Source: Octopus bimaculoides (Eukaryota). From it: a stretch of DNA of 64,000 nucleotides. The translations under genes and the position numbers were made by a program. The stretch covers positions 17,593,067 through 17,657,066 of the forward strand of contig NC_068993.1 in assembly GCF_001194135.2 (NCBI RefSeq). Direction: 5' to 3'. A model generated the notes under the pieces. The model was not told the DNA's origin, did not search any database, and saw only the letters and a program-made list of their open reading frames with translations. Of this stretch, positions 11,496 through 23,980 are shown one piece after another (within the stretch, counting starts at the first letter, position 1; every line of letters starts with the position of its first letter).

Positions 11496-12639
11496 ACGTC
11501 AGAAGGAGAAAACTCATTGTAATCCAGTCTCTGTCTATCATAATAAAGATTTCCTCTAACTAAACACGATGTTATTTTCAAAAAGGAAGAAATTCTAGTC
11601 ATTTGAATTAATCATAGTTGATTGTTTTCTTTTCAGAGTTGAGTGTGGAAGAAATGTTGACATTATAAGTGCAGACATGGGTGCGAGGTTAAGAAGCTTA
11701 CATTGTAACCGCACAGTTTTGGTTTCAGTCCCACTGCTTGGTACTTTGGGCAAGTGTTTAATCCGAAAGTCCTGGACCAACCAATGCCTTGTAAGGAAAT
11801 TTGTTAGATGGAAACTTGTAGAAACCCATTGTATGTGTGTGTGTGTATGTGTGTATCTCTGTTTGTTGTGTTTGCCCCACCCCTCCCCCGTGGTGGCTTG
11901 TAAGTGTCCCTGTTGCTTTGTGATTCAGCAAAACAGACTGATAGGACAAGCACCAGACTTAAAAATAATGAGTACAGGGGTTGATTTGTTTGACTAACAT
12001 CCTTGAAGGTGGTGTTCCAGCATGACCATGCTCCAGTGACTGAAACAAGTAAAAGATAAAAGAATATCCTGTAGGCTGGGCCTCTTCGCTCGGGCGTGGG
12101 GGGGGGGGGGTCAGAGAAATATGGATGGAGGTAGTATGCTGTGGTTTCCAAATCCTTTTTTTAATCGAGACACTCTTCAGAGCAAACAAAAATATTTCAA
12201 ATAAGCAGGTATTTGTATATTTTAGGTATTTACATATTTTAGCCAATAATGAAGTAAAAATAATTTAAACTATATAAAATTATTCAGTATATATTTCTTT
12301 ATTTAATAAGCGAAGCATCTATGGTATTATTCTGCTTGTCATGGTACATTGTTATACTTTAAACAACCTTAACAATGAAACAAAAATCAATGACATAACT
12401 GGAATGCCTAATAATTCTTTCTGTCAAAGGGACAAGGCCTGAAAATTTGTGGTGGAAGAGAATCGATTATATTGACCCCAGTGCTCAACTGGTACTTGTT
12501 TTACTGTCCCTGAAAGGATGAAAGGCAAAGTCAATCCCAGTAGAAGTTGGACTCTGAATGTGAAGCCAGAAGAAATATGCAGCAATTTGCTTGGCACAGT
12601 AACAATTCTACCAACTTTTGGAATGTTTAATGATAAAAC

Positions 12640-13190
12640 AATTTTGAAAGTATCTTACATTCAAGATCTTAAACTATGGAAGAAAATCAAAGATATTATC
12701 AAAATCTCTAACATGGCAAAACAAGTTTGAGCCTTTAAACAGTTTTAACTATGAAACAAAATCTAAGATATAATTATGTAAAACCATTAACACATCAAAA
12801 CAAGAAAATTGCAGCAAAACTGCATGATAGTGGTGTCAGATGTGGTATACTGACCATCGTTTAACTTGTTTGACATTCTTCTTATCTTCTGTTTTATTTT
12901 GACATGTGCATTGCGTTTTTATTCTTCTCTTCTGTTTTCAAATTCATTCTTCTCTCTCGAGTTCCTATTCAAAACTGTTTACAGATCACAACCATCTCAG
13001 GAACCTGCGGTTGTGAGGAGCGCTTCATACTTCGATGATTGTGAAATAAAACATGTCACACTTTAAACAGTCTTATCTATGGAAGAAAATCAAAGACGTA
13101 ATCAATATCTTTAACATGACAAAACAAGTTTGAGTGTTGTGCTTAAAACAGCCTCAACTATGGAATGACATCTAAGACAAATCTAGATCT
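12640..13190 (+). repeat. Diverged direct duplication of about 130 bp (12640-12780 and 13062-13190)
   Basis: Shared ctatggaagaaaatcaaaga...atcaa.atct.taacatg.caaaacaagtttgag...aaacag...aactatg.aa....atctaaga. Confidence 0.8.
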
Positions 13191-13613
13191 TTAACATAAT
13201 GAAATAATATTATGAAAATTTATAAATTTGTGCAACAAAATAGAAATATAAAGATTTATAAAGTATGTAAATTTCTACAAGTCCTCCTAAATAGTTATTA
13301 AGACTTTATATTTATAATTATAGTGTGTGTTTTTCGCATTTTGTTAAAAGAAAAAGAAAGATAATTCTATTATTTTTCTAGCACATCAAGTTAGATCTTG
13401 TAGAACACAAGTGTGTTATAGTGCACTGTTTGTGAACTAATTCTCTAGATCGACACAGAATGTAAAGTAAATATTGCCTGGAGAGGTTTGAACTAGATAT
13501 ATAAGACACTATGTTAGATATTGTAATATTATTTATTATCTGTAAATCATGTATCTTCACTTCTGTAGTTTCTTTTGATAATGAACACCTGAATCTTCCC
13601 CAGACTCTCTTAC

Positions 13614-13706
13614 TTGCAGAAGACAAAAAAGACTGTTTCAGTTTTAGAATGATGGCTCTGCTTAGTGACAATATTAATCTTCTTGTCTCCCTGACAGTCA
13701 AACCAG
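13614..13706 (-). CDS. Candidate 93-nt internal exon, unassigned
   Basis: Acceptor tgatgtttttcacag and donor gtaaga. Two open frames: WFDCQGDKKINIVTKQSHHSKTETVFFVFC or GLTVRETRRLILSLSRAIILKLKQSFLSSA. No homology recognised. Confidence 0.25.
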
Positions 13707-14619
13707 CTGTGAAAAACATCAAGTTTCAGGGATGGATTTAAAAAAAACATATTGACAGGTTTTACAAAGGATGTTTACTCACTGTTGCCATGTGAACGTA
13801 TAAAATAAAATAGGGAACTGAGCAATAGTCTGTGATTATTGATACAAGATAAATGTAGTGTGACACTTATCCCTTATTGACTCACTAAGTATATTATAGG
13901 ATTTTTTTTCCTTATCTTCCACATAGCATTGAATAAGAAATCCCAGTTTCATATCTTAGTAGAGAAATACAGATATAACAAATACCATACAACATAAAAA
14001 CAATTCTTGATTTATTCAAAATTATCTCCACTTCAAGAGGAGGCATCATAATTGATTTCAAATTTTGGCAGGGTGGGATTTGAGAGTGATTTGGTTGCTA
14101 TTTCTAACAGTTTGAGAGACAATGTAGAGGCTCCCTTGTTAATTTGTAAAATTATGACAACAAGTAGAGAGAGAGAGAGACAGATCAAGGGAGTAGGGAG
14201 TGAGAGAAAGAGAGAAGGTGAGAAGGGGCAGGCTAGAACATGCTTTATTATAAGGTCTGCTTGAGCAGAACTGATCTGGGACTTAAACAACAACAACAAC
14301 AGTCACAGTGGCAGCAGCAACAATCAACAATAGCAATAACAACAACAACAGCAACAGAATGGTTGTTACTAATGCAGAGCAATTGTTTCATTTGATTGGT
14401 TATCTTTGTTCCATAAGTCAGCTGAAGCAGAGCTGATTGGAACTGCTCACAAACAACAATAGCAACAACAACAACAGTTAATAAATATTAATTGAAGGTC
14501 ACAAGGAATTTGGCCTGTCTCTTATTGGTTTAACTTTATGGTCTAGCTTAGTTAATGTTAGTTATTGGTAGTTTTTATTGTGTTAAGAATAGTAAATGAT
14601 TAAACTGAAAAAAACAAAC

Positions 14620-14975
14620 AGGAGTGGCTATGTGGTAAGTAGCATGGTTCTGGGTTCAGTCCCACTGCGTGGCACCTTGGGCAAGTGTCTTCTATTATAG
14701 CCTCGGGCCGACCAAAGCCTTGTGAGTGGATTTGGTAGACGGAAACTGAAAGAAGCCCGTCGTATATATGTATATATATATATATATGTATGTGTGTTTG
14801 TCCCCCCCAACATCGCTTGACGTCCCTGTAACTTAGCGGTTCGGCAAAAAGAGACCGATAGAATAAGTACTAGGCTTACAAAGAATAAGTCCTGGGGTCA
14901 ATATGCTCGACTAAAGGCAGTGCTCCAGCATGGCCGCAGTCAAATGACTGAAACAAGTAAAAGAGTAAAAGAGTA
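14620..14975 (+). mobile_element. tRNA-derived SINE family A with internal microsatellite; other copies at about 11680-12062(+), 15850-16010(-), 20690-21110(+), 25700-25930(+), 27891-28430(+), 29865-30240(-), 37210-37560(+), 42410-42565(+), 44640-45040(-), 47858-48200(-), 49310-49500(+), 51270-51620(-), 57240-57430(-)
   Basis: Head ggagtggctgtgtggtaag.agcttgcttaccaaccacatggttc.gggttcagtcccactgcgtggcaccttgggcaagtgtc (A/B-box-like); tail ccagcatggccgcagtcaaatgactgaaacaagtaaaagag. Confidence 0.9.
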
Positions 14976-15199
14976 AACAGATTTTAACCTTAAATCTACA
15001 GTTTCAAGTTTGATGTTTGACTTAGAAGCTTTTTGGAAAAGAAGTTTATGTTGTATTTGACCAACGATAGTATTGTTTGTTCCAGGTTTTGAGTGAGCCA
15101 ACCTCTCATTTGCTGCGTTTATGACAGCAAAGAGTAACAAAGAAGTGCCTGTAATTTGGTATAGGACAAATATTTCAAGATATTTTTATGTAATTTTGA

Positions 15200-15500
15200 T
15201 AAATATATCTGTTAAAATGTTTTGAAAAGACACCCACATAGACTGCATATCTGATTTGGACCACCAAGAGCTGCAGATAAGTTCTGCTCTCTGTGGATCT
15301 TAAAATGTCTTTTGAGGCCTCTGTTAGATTTGCAAACCTTCTGGCATACATGGATTGAGAGGTGTACACAGACACATAGGCAGAATAGTTGGTAGAGGCT
15401 TGTTTTCCATGGGTTCACAAAAAGACATGGTCTGTCACAAACTGGGCACACAAAAAGGTCATTATGATTCACCTTCTTGATTGTAACATTCTTCCTTAAA
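15200..15500 (-). mobile_element. RTE-like LINE 3' end relic with C2H2-like motifs; related fragment at about 53285-53410(+)
   Basis: ORF-track peptides LFVCPVCDRPC, CQKVCKSNRGLKRHFKIH and QICSLCG; nucleotide similarity to 53.3 kb (gagcagaacttacctgcag...aatcaga.gtgcaatct.tgtggg). Confidence 0.55.
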
Positions 15501-15542
15501 TCTCTCTTGATACACACACACACACACACATATTTGTGTGTG

Positions 15543-15703
15543 TGTTAAATAAAATGTGACAATGAAGCCAAGACTGTGTGGAATTTTCAGGACATTTATA
15601 AAGAGAAAGTTAGTCTTACAGCTGTTTCTGGGATATTCATCTCTTTATAAATGTCCTGAAAATTCCACACAACCTTGACTTTCTTGTCTCATTTTATTTA
15701 ACA
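15543..15703. mobile_element. Fold-back element with 64-bp arms around a 33-bp spacer carrying half a hammerhead motif
   Basis: Arms 15543-15606 and 15640-15703 include a perfect 32-bp inverted match (tgtgtggaattttcaggacatttataaagaga). The spacer on the minus strand reads atatcccaGAAACAGCTGTAagac. Confidence 0.8.
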
Positions 15704-15834
15704 TATACATACTCATACAAGAGCTGCATTAGACTTGTCACTTGTATATTTATCGAACCGGGATTTTAACTATGGTCCTTTCATAGCACTTCCATAGTGT
15801 TACCTGCCACCTTGGGTCTTCTGGATACCAATAA

Positions 15835-15867
<33 letters not shown>

Positions 15868-16027
15868 GACAGCTTCTTTCTACCAAATCCACTCACAAGG
15901 CTTTGGGTAGCCCAAATCGAAAGTAGAAGACATTTCCCCAAGGTGCCATGCAGTGAGACTGCACCCAGAACTATGTGTTTGGAAAACAAATTTTTTACCA
16001 CACAGTCAAGTGTATGGTAAAAAATGC

Positions 16028-16069
<42 letters not shown>

Positions 16070-16506
16070 NNNNNNNNNNNNNNNNNNNNNNNNNNNNNNN
16101 NNNNNNNNNNNNNNNNTGACAAGAAATAATTTTTGCCACTTTTTATGGAGACAAAAGGGTTTGCAAAAAACAAGTGCTCAAATGAAATTGAGACAGAGAT
16201 AAAAAAAACATTCATTAGTGAACAAACATGAAATTCGAGTCAACAATTTTATATAACACCATGCTTCCATACAGTTGATCACATATAAATATTACCATAG
16301 CCTTCAACATATAAAAGGAAATTGTATATAAAAACACAGAAGGTAAAAAATATATATGCACATAAAAATACAAATATTTTACAACTCAAAAACAGCAGAC
16401 ACCAGTAAGCAAGTCCGCACCAGTTAGGTATAACCAGAGTGAATACAGGCACTCATTATGTATAAGGAAATCCCTTGTGATACTCAGGTCTTTTGGACCA
16501 AAAACC

Positions 16507-16569
16507 TTAAATAAGTTCATCAAAGTAATCCCCTTCTGTAACAATAAGTTTTCCTCCACTTTCTTGAAA
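16507..16569 (-). CDS. Candidate terminal coding exon of an unidentified minus-strand gene
   Basis: Strong acceptor tttatttttatttctatacag. The phase-0 frame gives FQESGGKLIVTEGDYFDELI*, phase-compatible with the exon at 20223-20275. A second frame (FKKVEENLLLQKG...) is also open. Confidence 0.4.
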   Translation of the reverse strand, partial: FQESGGKLIVTEGDYFDELI

Positions 16570-17318
16570 CTGTATAGAAATAAAAATAAATTTAAAGACA
16601 ATAAATAATAACAAGTGTAATAGTTTGCGTTAGGGTGATTTGAAACCTCGAAGATTGGTTTTGATACTGCAGCCTATTTGACTATTCTAAAATAGCATTT
16701 TTTTCTTTCCATTATTTGCATAGGCTTTGCATGTTGTTTTTGAATTGTAAAATGTGCCTGAGGGAGGTGTATAACTTTGTGTTTTAACGCTAAATGGTGT
16801 TAAATCATTTTAAAGGTTCTGTCCTTGATTTTTAACCAATGGACTACTTTAATGGTACCTCATTTCTTTATTTTATTTTACTTTATTTTATATCAACCTG
16901 TATTATATTATATTTGAAATTTTTAATCGTATTAATTTTAATTTCTATGAAATGATATATATGTGTATTGTATTAGACCTTTAACTCAATTTTTTCATTT
17001 GTATGTTATCGGTTGATATAATATATTCGTGTATAAAATTTTATACTATATATTCTATTTCTTGCATCTTACTTATTATATATTTCTTATTTTTTAATTT
17101 ATTATTTCTTCTTACGTTATATCTTCTTATTCTTTTTGTTTGACGGATTAAGTTGTATATCTTATATATGTTCATTGAGGGGGTGTGATATGTTGAGTCG
17201 TTAACCCAGCATTTTTATTCTATAACTAATATTTTACTCTTGTCTCAATTATTATGAGCACTTCTCCTTGCAGCCCTGTATAAAATCTATTAGTTTCATA
17301 ATAAGAAACCATTAATAT

Positions 17319-17350
<32 letters not shown>

Positions 17351-17389
17351 AAATAATAATAATGGAATTATTGTGTATAGTGCACAGGT

Positions 17390-17975
17390 GTATTACAACT
17401 CAGCAAAGGTGCATGTATAGTACATAGAATCATGTACAAATGTGAGGAAAGTGAACAGTGTATGAGTCATAATATACATGTGTGCATGCATATGGAGTGG
17501 TGGATGTTGGGTGTAGTGTTGGTGAATTTCAGAAAGCATGGAGGTTTTAAAGGGTGCAATGTCTTGGCAGCTAACAACTGATGCAGGTAGTTTGTTCCAT
17601 GCTTCAGCAACTCTGAGTGTTAAAAAAATGCTTCCGAAAGTCATGGGAGCTGTGCTGTTTTCTGACCTTGTAGGCATGCCTATGTGTGTTAGACACATGG
17701 AGTTCAAAAAGGTGCTCAACGACGTTGTTGGCACAATGGTTAATAGTTTTGTGTTTACCAAGTCAGTTGCCAGATGTCTGAGCGTCAATGTATCTATGCC
17801 CAGGGAAGCATGGTGTTCAGAGTGTGGTAGATGCCTGATGGAGGGTATTCACTTGGTTGAACTTCTCTGAACTGGTGATGCAAATTCCAAGTGTGGCTGC
17901 ACCATAACCATATATAGCTTTAAATAGATAGCTGGAGAGCAGCTGTCAAAGGTCTTACTGTGTGATGCCAAGACA
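17390..17975 (-). mobile_element. CR1-group LINE 3' end relic
   Basis: Minus-strand translation includes IFLTLRVAEAWNKLPASVVSCQDIAPFKTSM, matching the F..RV...WN.LP..VV C-terminal motif of CR1/L2/Jockey-group ORF2. Confidence 0.85.
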
Positions 17976-18464
17976 CCCTCAGCCACCTACCAAATTGCAC
18001 TCACATAGTGCTGGTTAAAGTGGGTCTACAATGGAAGGATAATTGTCCAAGATACTCTGTTGTAGGATCAAGCCTGAAACTTCATGGTTGTAAAGTAAAC
18101 TTCTTAATCATTCAGCTGTGAAAAACAAATTTAGTCAAACTTGAGTGAATTTTTAGTTCGTAAAAATATTTGTTCAGAATTTTAAAATTGAGTTTCACTT
18201 CATAAATTGCTTAGCAACTAAAATTGTAAAGTGTGTGTGTGTGTGAATGCATTTACATAGATTGTGGGTATTAATGTAAAGTGATATATATATATATATA
18301 TATACATACACACACACACATATAATATCTAAATGTATATTTTACACATACTTCATGGTGCATTGTAAATCACCAACTGTTGATAATATTACTATTGAGC
18401 AAATATTGGGGGTGTCTTCATTTATTATTTGTTAATTTTAAAATAGATCACCACTGGACTCCTC

Positions 18465-18590
18465 CACATCATCATCATCATCATCATCGTCATCGTCATC
18501 ATCATCATCATCGCCATCATTTTTGTCATTGTCATTGCCATGTCTGCTGTTACTGCCACCAGCACTAGCACTACTAGCACCATCAGTGGT

Positions 18591-18621
<31 letters not shown>

Positions 18622-18740
18622 CCACCACCACCACCACCACCACCACCGCCACCACCACCACCATCATCATCATCATGATCATCACCATCATCATCAAGCC
18701 TTTAGCCACCATTGTTGCTCCCATCACCAGCACCAACACC
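18465..18740. repeat. Compound trinucleotide microsatellite (CAT/CAG/CAC)n
   Basis: Directly visible. Confidence 0.95.
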
Positions 18741-20222
18741 TAGGTGAGTCAATAAGGTGGGCTGTATGTGGTTTACAAAACCTACAAGAAATAGCAGCTG
18801 AATCTCTCTCAAATAACACTGAACAAGCTTAAAATCACTATTGCTACTCATTGTTAAAAAAAAAAATACTTTGTCATTCTAGTTACATAAAAAGACTGCT
18901 GTATATCCCTGGAAAATCCACAGGTGGTAAATATTCAGTTTTATAGTTAATCTATAGTTAATTATATACGGCAAACTGAATCGAAAGGGATTCATTGAAT
19001 ATATATGATCTATGCATGGACAGTTATATGTTTGTTCATTTTAATTTTAATTCAGTATTCAGCTTACTGTATGATATGTTTGCGTTTCTATGAAATATAG
19101 AGATTCTAAAAGCATCAGAGCCCAGCTAACTAAATGACTTTGTTAGTAGTTCTACAATATCCAGGCCTAGTGAAAGTAATATAAAGGTGGGGATGGACAA
19201 ACAGAGAAGAAGAGACACACTGCCAATTATATTAGTAGATTGTCATGTGTCTTCATTTAACTGTTTGTCCTCCTCCGCCCCTTCCTCCTCGACTGGCTCT
19301 CTCCCCCATAATTTCGGGCCTTGTGCCTAGAATAGAAAAGAATGTTTACAGTTGTTATAGGATTCATTGTGTGAAAGATAAGGGGAATAAATACCTTTCT
19401 TGGAAATGAGTAAAGGTTGGTGACAGGAAAAGCATCCAGCCATAAAATATTACCTCATCAAGTCTTGTCAAACCCATATCGTCAAGAAAAAATAGATAAA
19501 ATAATGATAATAATGAAAAGGATGTTTAAGACACGTTATCACTGAACAAGCCACTCTTCTATCTCTATGTTCCTAATGTTACTATTAAATGCTGCTCCAT
19601 ATAATATCTCCTGAAGCCCTAAAAGTGCTTCTACAGATCCCTATGATATTCTAATTTCATGACAGATAAGAGGTAGTTCTCCCCTTCATAGAATGTCAGT
19701 GTATTGAGGATAACATTCCCATACAATTTGCTACCCATTTCCAAGCAAACAGGTGAGCAGAAAAATATTGCGCTAGAAGTAGAGCCTAAATACTCAACAA
19801 AACACCACTTACAATTTATCAACTCATAGTTTACTGCCTTATCTAGTTGGCCTGTCATAACTAGTTGGCCTGCTAAACCTTTTCAGTTAAGTTGAACAAC
19901 TTATAAAGTACAACTGACATGTAGTTAGGTGGTGTATTGTTACTCTAAACAAGAGCGGTATTAGTGTGGTAATTTAAAACCCTTTCTAATATCTAACACT
20001 GTTTTACTGTGGTTGCCAATGTATAAGGCAAAATAAATTTACAATTAATCCAGATGTTAAATACATTTTCTGAAGTATGGAGGTTGAAATGAATACAACT
20101 AATCTGTTCCGTCACATTCCCTCCCCTTTTAAAAGTAAGACAATGAGATTGTTACACATACAGACATATTGAAAGAGAAAAGCAAGGTATGGTATTTGCC
20201 ATGCAGAGTGTAAATATCTTAC

Positions 20223-20275
20223 CTCTGTTAGTTTGTTGTCAGGGAGAGGAAATACTTTAAAATTTTGGGCTGAAC
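20223..20275 (-). CDS. Candidate 53-nt internal coding exon of the minus-strand gene
   Basis: Acceptor gcttcattttctgattaaag|G and donor GAG|gtaaga. Only one frame is open: GSAQNFKVFPLPDNKLTE, ending in phase 0. Confidence 0.4.
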
Positions 20276-20825
20276 CTTTAATCAGAAAATGAAGCACTCG
20301 TTTTATTCCAAATTCTTTGTGATGACTGGCCCTGATACATTGTTTCTGTTGCCATCATTTTGTCAATGGCAGCTTCAGCTGGGTTGGTGGGTTTGGCATT
20401 GATGGTATTAGCAGCATCAGTGCTGGCATCATTTACTGTCCATTTTTCCAATGCTTGCATGGGTTAGATGGAATTTGTTGAGGCAGATTTTTCTAAGGCT
20501 GGATGCTCTTCTTGCCTGCATCCCTCACCTGTTTCCAAGCAAAGTAATGTTTTCCTATGCCCAGACATGCTTCTACAAAAGACTGGAAATGGAAGACACT
20601 ACTTGTTAATGACTTGTAGGGATGTGATATTCCGTTATACACTCATAATATACTACAAAGTATATTAAACGTTTTTATAAGTCAATACTGTGTTAGCAGT
20701 GTGCTTTACATCACTTGGTAAGGTTCAGTCCCACTGCGTGGCACCTTGATCAAGTGTCTTCTACTATAGCCTTGAGCTGATCAAAGCCTTGTGAGTGAAT
20801 TTGGTAGATGGAAGCTGAAAGAAGC

Positions 20826-20902
<77 letters not shown>

Positions 20903-22594
20903 TTGTGTGTCTGTGTTTGTCCCCCCACCATCACTTGACAACCGATGTTGGTATGTTTACATCCCCATAACATAGCAGTTCGGCAAAATAGACCGATAGA
21001 ATAAGTACTAGGCTTACAAAGAACAAATCCTGGGGTTGATTAGTTCAACTAAAGGCGGTGCTCCAGCATGGCCACAGTCAAATGACTGAAGCAAGTAAAA
21101 GAAAAAGAATACAGCGATGATGTTTTGCTGGCTGCCTAGAGCAGTATTTCTCATGCAGGGTTGGTCCAACCCATGCCAGCAAGGAAAATAGGCATAAAAT
21201 GATGATGATGAAGAGGAGGAGAGGGAGGTGTGAGGATGAAGCTGACCGTTCCTTAGAAACTAGGTATTGTAAGAAATAATTATATTCTAATTTCTAATGC
21301 ATTTATGTGTCTTTTTGTATTTTATTCTGTGTTCGTAATTTTATTACACATGATGTGGGTAATGATGATGAGGCACAGTATATCTCCCAAATGTGTGTGT
21401 GTTTGAGGTAGTTGGTTGGTTGGTTGGTTGGTTGGTTGGGGTATTGTCATCTGTAGGTCATAAGGAGATTCTGCAGGGAAAAATGACCTCTTGCTAGGGA
21501 ATTGCAATAAAATTTGGCCTAAACCAGGTCGTAGTTAAAATGAAATTTCCCTCTCATCCTTGGTGGCATTTGGTGGATTTGGCACAGTCAAACTTTTTCA
21601 AGACAGTCTTTTTATTTAATTTCTTATGGAATTTGACTTTATGAAAGAAAAAGAAAAAGAAAAAATTGATAAAGAAAGCAAGGTTGCAAAACATTGACCT
21701 AAAGAAATGAACTGTACCCTTTTTGTGTATCTTTGTATAGCTCAGTGAATGAGGTCATTAATAAATATTTAAATATCTGGGATAAATTGTTATTCATACT
21801 GTTAAAATTTTTTATGCGTTATAACCTCATCTAGAGAGATGAAAGCATTTTTACTATCTCCAACTATTACTACATTTCATTCAGTCTGATCTTTATTCAG
21901 CATCATGTGTCTTAGACATATACATAATTAATACCAGACTGGATTTGAACAAGGAATCTTTATTTTTAAACTAGGGGAAATAATGTTCTTATCCACTAGG
22001 TCAATGGTGCATTTGCACAAAAAAAAAAAACAATTTGAAAAATTGTAATCTTATTAGGTCGTTAAAAGTTAGGAGTGCCACTGATAATATATAAACTTCC
22101 TGCCTTTTTCTGGTAGGCCAACACAAGCACCCTGTTGACTCAGCTAAACATTGGTTTGGTTAATTCGACCTAATTGATCTCTGAACTTTCAATCATTCAA
22201 GTTAACTGGTGTAACTCTAATGATGTATGATTTAGATTGCGTTAATGATCTCTCTGAGCCAAGTGCCATGCTTTACATGGTAGACTTCCTTTATTGATTA
22301 ACTTCATAGCAGTCCCTTTAGTCTGAGTTCTCAACTCAAGCATGATGCTTTTTAAATAGGTCCTTCTTATAAGGAACAATGTCTATAGTAACAAACAGTA
22401 CAAGAAAAGAGAATATCTTAGAAAATATGGAATAGTTGTAATTGGGATTGTTGATTTAGAACAAATCTGTTTATTATAGAGTGTTAATATTTGTATTAAT
22501 AAAAACAGCAAACTGGTAGAATTGTTATCATCCCTGGTGAAATGCTTATCAGAATTTCGTGTGTCTTTATGTTCTGAGTTAAAATTTTGCCTGT

Positions 22595-22983
22595 GGAAGC
22601 GCAATGGCCCACTGGTTAGGGCAGCGGACTTGCGGTCGTAGGACTGTGGTTTCGATTCCCAGACCAGGCATTGTGAGTGTTGTTTATTGAGCGAAAACAC
22701 TTAAAGCTCCACGAGCCTCTGGCAGGGGATGGTGGCGAACCCTGCTGTACTCTTTCACCACAATTTTCTCTCACTCTTTCTTCCTGTTTCTGTTGTGCCT
22801 GTAATTCAAAGGGTCAGCCTTGTCACACTGTGTCACGCTGAATATCCCCGAGAACTACGTTAAGGGTACACGTGTCTGTGGAGTGCTCAACCACTTGCAC
22901 GTTAATTTCACGAGCAGGCTGTTCCGTTGATTGGATCAACTGGAACCCTTGTTGTCGTAACCGACGGAGTGCCATAAAAAAAA
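22595..22983 (+). mobile_element. Full-length tRNA-derived SINE with poly(A) tail, inserted into a family B SINE
   Basis: tRNA-like head GGAAGCGCAATGGCCCACTGGTTAGGGCAGCGGACTTGCGGTCGTAGGACTGTGGTTTCGATTCCC and an A-tail, flanked by a duplicated AAAATTTTGCC (22581-22591 and 22984-22994). Confidence 0.88.
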
Positions 22984-23819
22984 AAAATTTTGCCAGGGTT
23001 AACTTTACCTTTCTTTCTTTCGGGGTTGATAAAATAAGTACCAGTTGAGCACTGGAGTTGATGTAATTGACTTACCCTCTCCCCAAAAATTGCTGGCCTT
23101 GTGCCAAAATTCGAAACCAATATTTGTAATAAGGTGGCAAGTTGGCAGAATCATTTGCATGTTGGGCAAAAGACTTTGCAGTATTTCGTCCATCTCTATG
23201 TTCTGAGTTCAAATTCCACGAAGGTTGACTTTACTTTTCATCTTTTCAGGGTCAATAAAATAAGTACCAGTTGAGCACTGGGATTGATGTGATCGACTTT
23301 CCCTCTTGCCTCATACTTACTGGCCTTGTATCGAAAATTTGAAAGCAATATTTGTATTATTAACACCCTGTATAAATGTTTGTATAAGTGGATCTGTGAA
23401 TGCACAAGTGTTAGGAGATGACAAAGAACCAAAATATCTGACACCTTGTTGTACTCAAGAAGACCTGTTCTCCACAGCAGAAGTGTTAATACTGCTCACC
23501 CTGATGAAAAGGATTAGCCTGTGAGAGCCCTGAACTGGCATCGTGTAAAAGCATTCATGCTGATGCCAGGTTAAAAGCACCCAGCATACACTGTAAAGTG
23601 GTTGGCATTAAGAAGAGCATCCAGCCGTAGAAACCTAGCCAAATCAGACTGAAACCAGATACAGCTCTCCTGTTTGCTAGCTCTGGTCAAACTGTCCAAC
23701 CTATTCCAGCATGGAAAATGGACATTAGAGGATGATGATGATGATGATGATGAAGACGATGATGATTTGTCTCAATATCAACACTCTTGTGACCTGAGTA
23801 ATAATAATAATAATAATAA

Positions 23820-23980
23820 CACAACAACATCGAAAAATGCCTTAGGAATGAGAACCCAGGTTCGAAATTTCCCCAAGACACCTGATGAAGGCTGGAGGGT
23901 ATATCAGCCAAAATGTTGTGTTAACAACAAACAAGATGAGGACAAATATCCGTCGAATGTAAATAATGTAATCAACACCC
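23820..23980 (+). mobile_element. Penelope-like terminal fragment containing a mutated hammerhead motif (23877-23922)
   Basis: GACAC-CTGATGA-A-GGCTG-gagggtatat-CAGCC-AAAA-TGTT-GTGTT; same family as 7703-7777. Confidence 0.7.

Noticed and set aside
18380-18743. Poly-His, poly-Ser/Thr and poly-Met/Val ORFs (also 61480-61829 and 28469-28909)
   Set aside because: Trinucleotide or pyrimidine microsatellites open in several frames, with no domain content.
21800-21830. Minus-strand exon with strong splice sites
   Set aside because: Stops in all three frames; could only be UTR, and it shows how often chance pseudo-exons occur here.
22595-22670. Possible tRNA gene
   Set aside because: Has A/B boxes but no closing acceptor stem; it continues into a SINE body with an A-tail and TSD.
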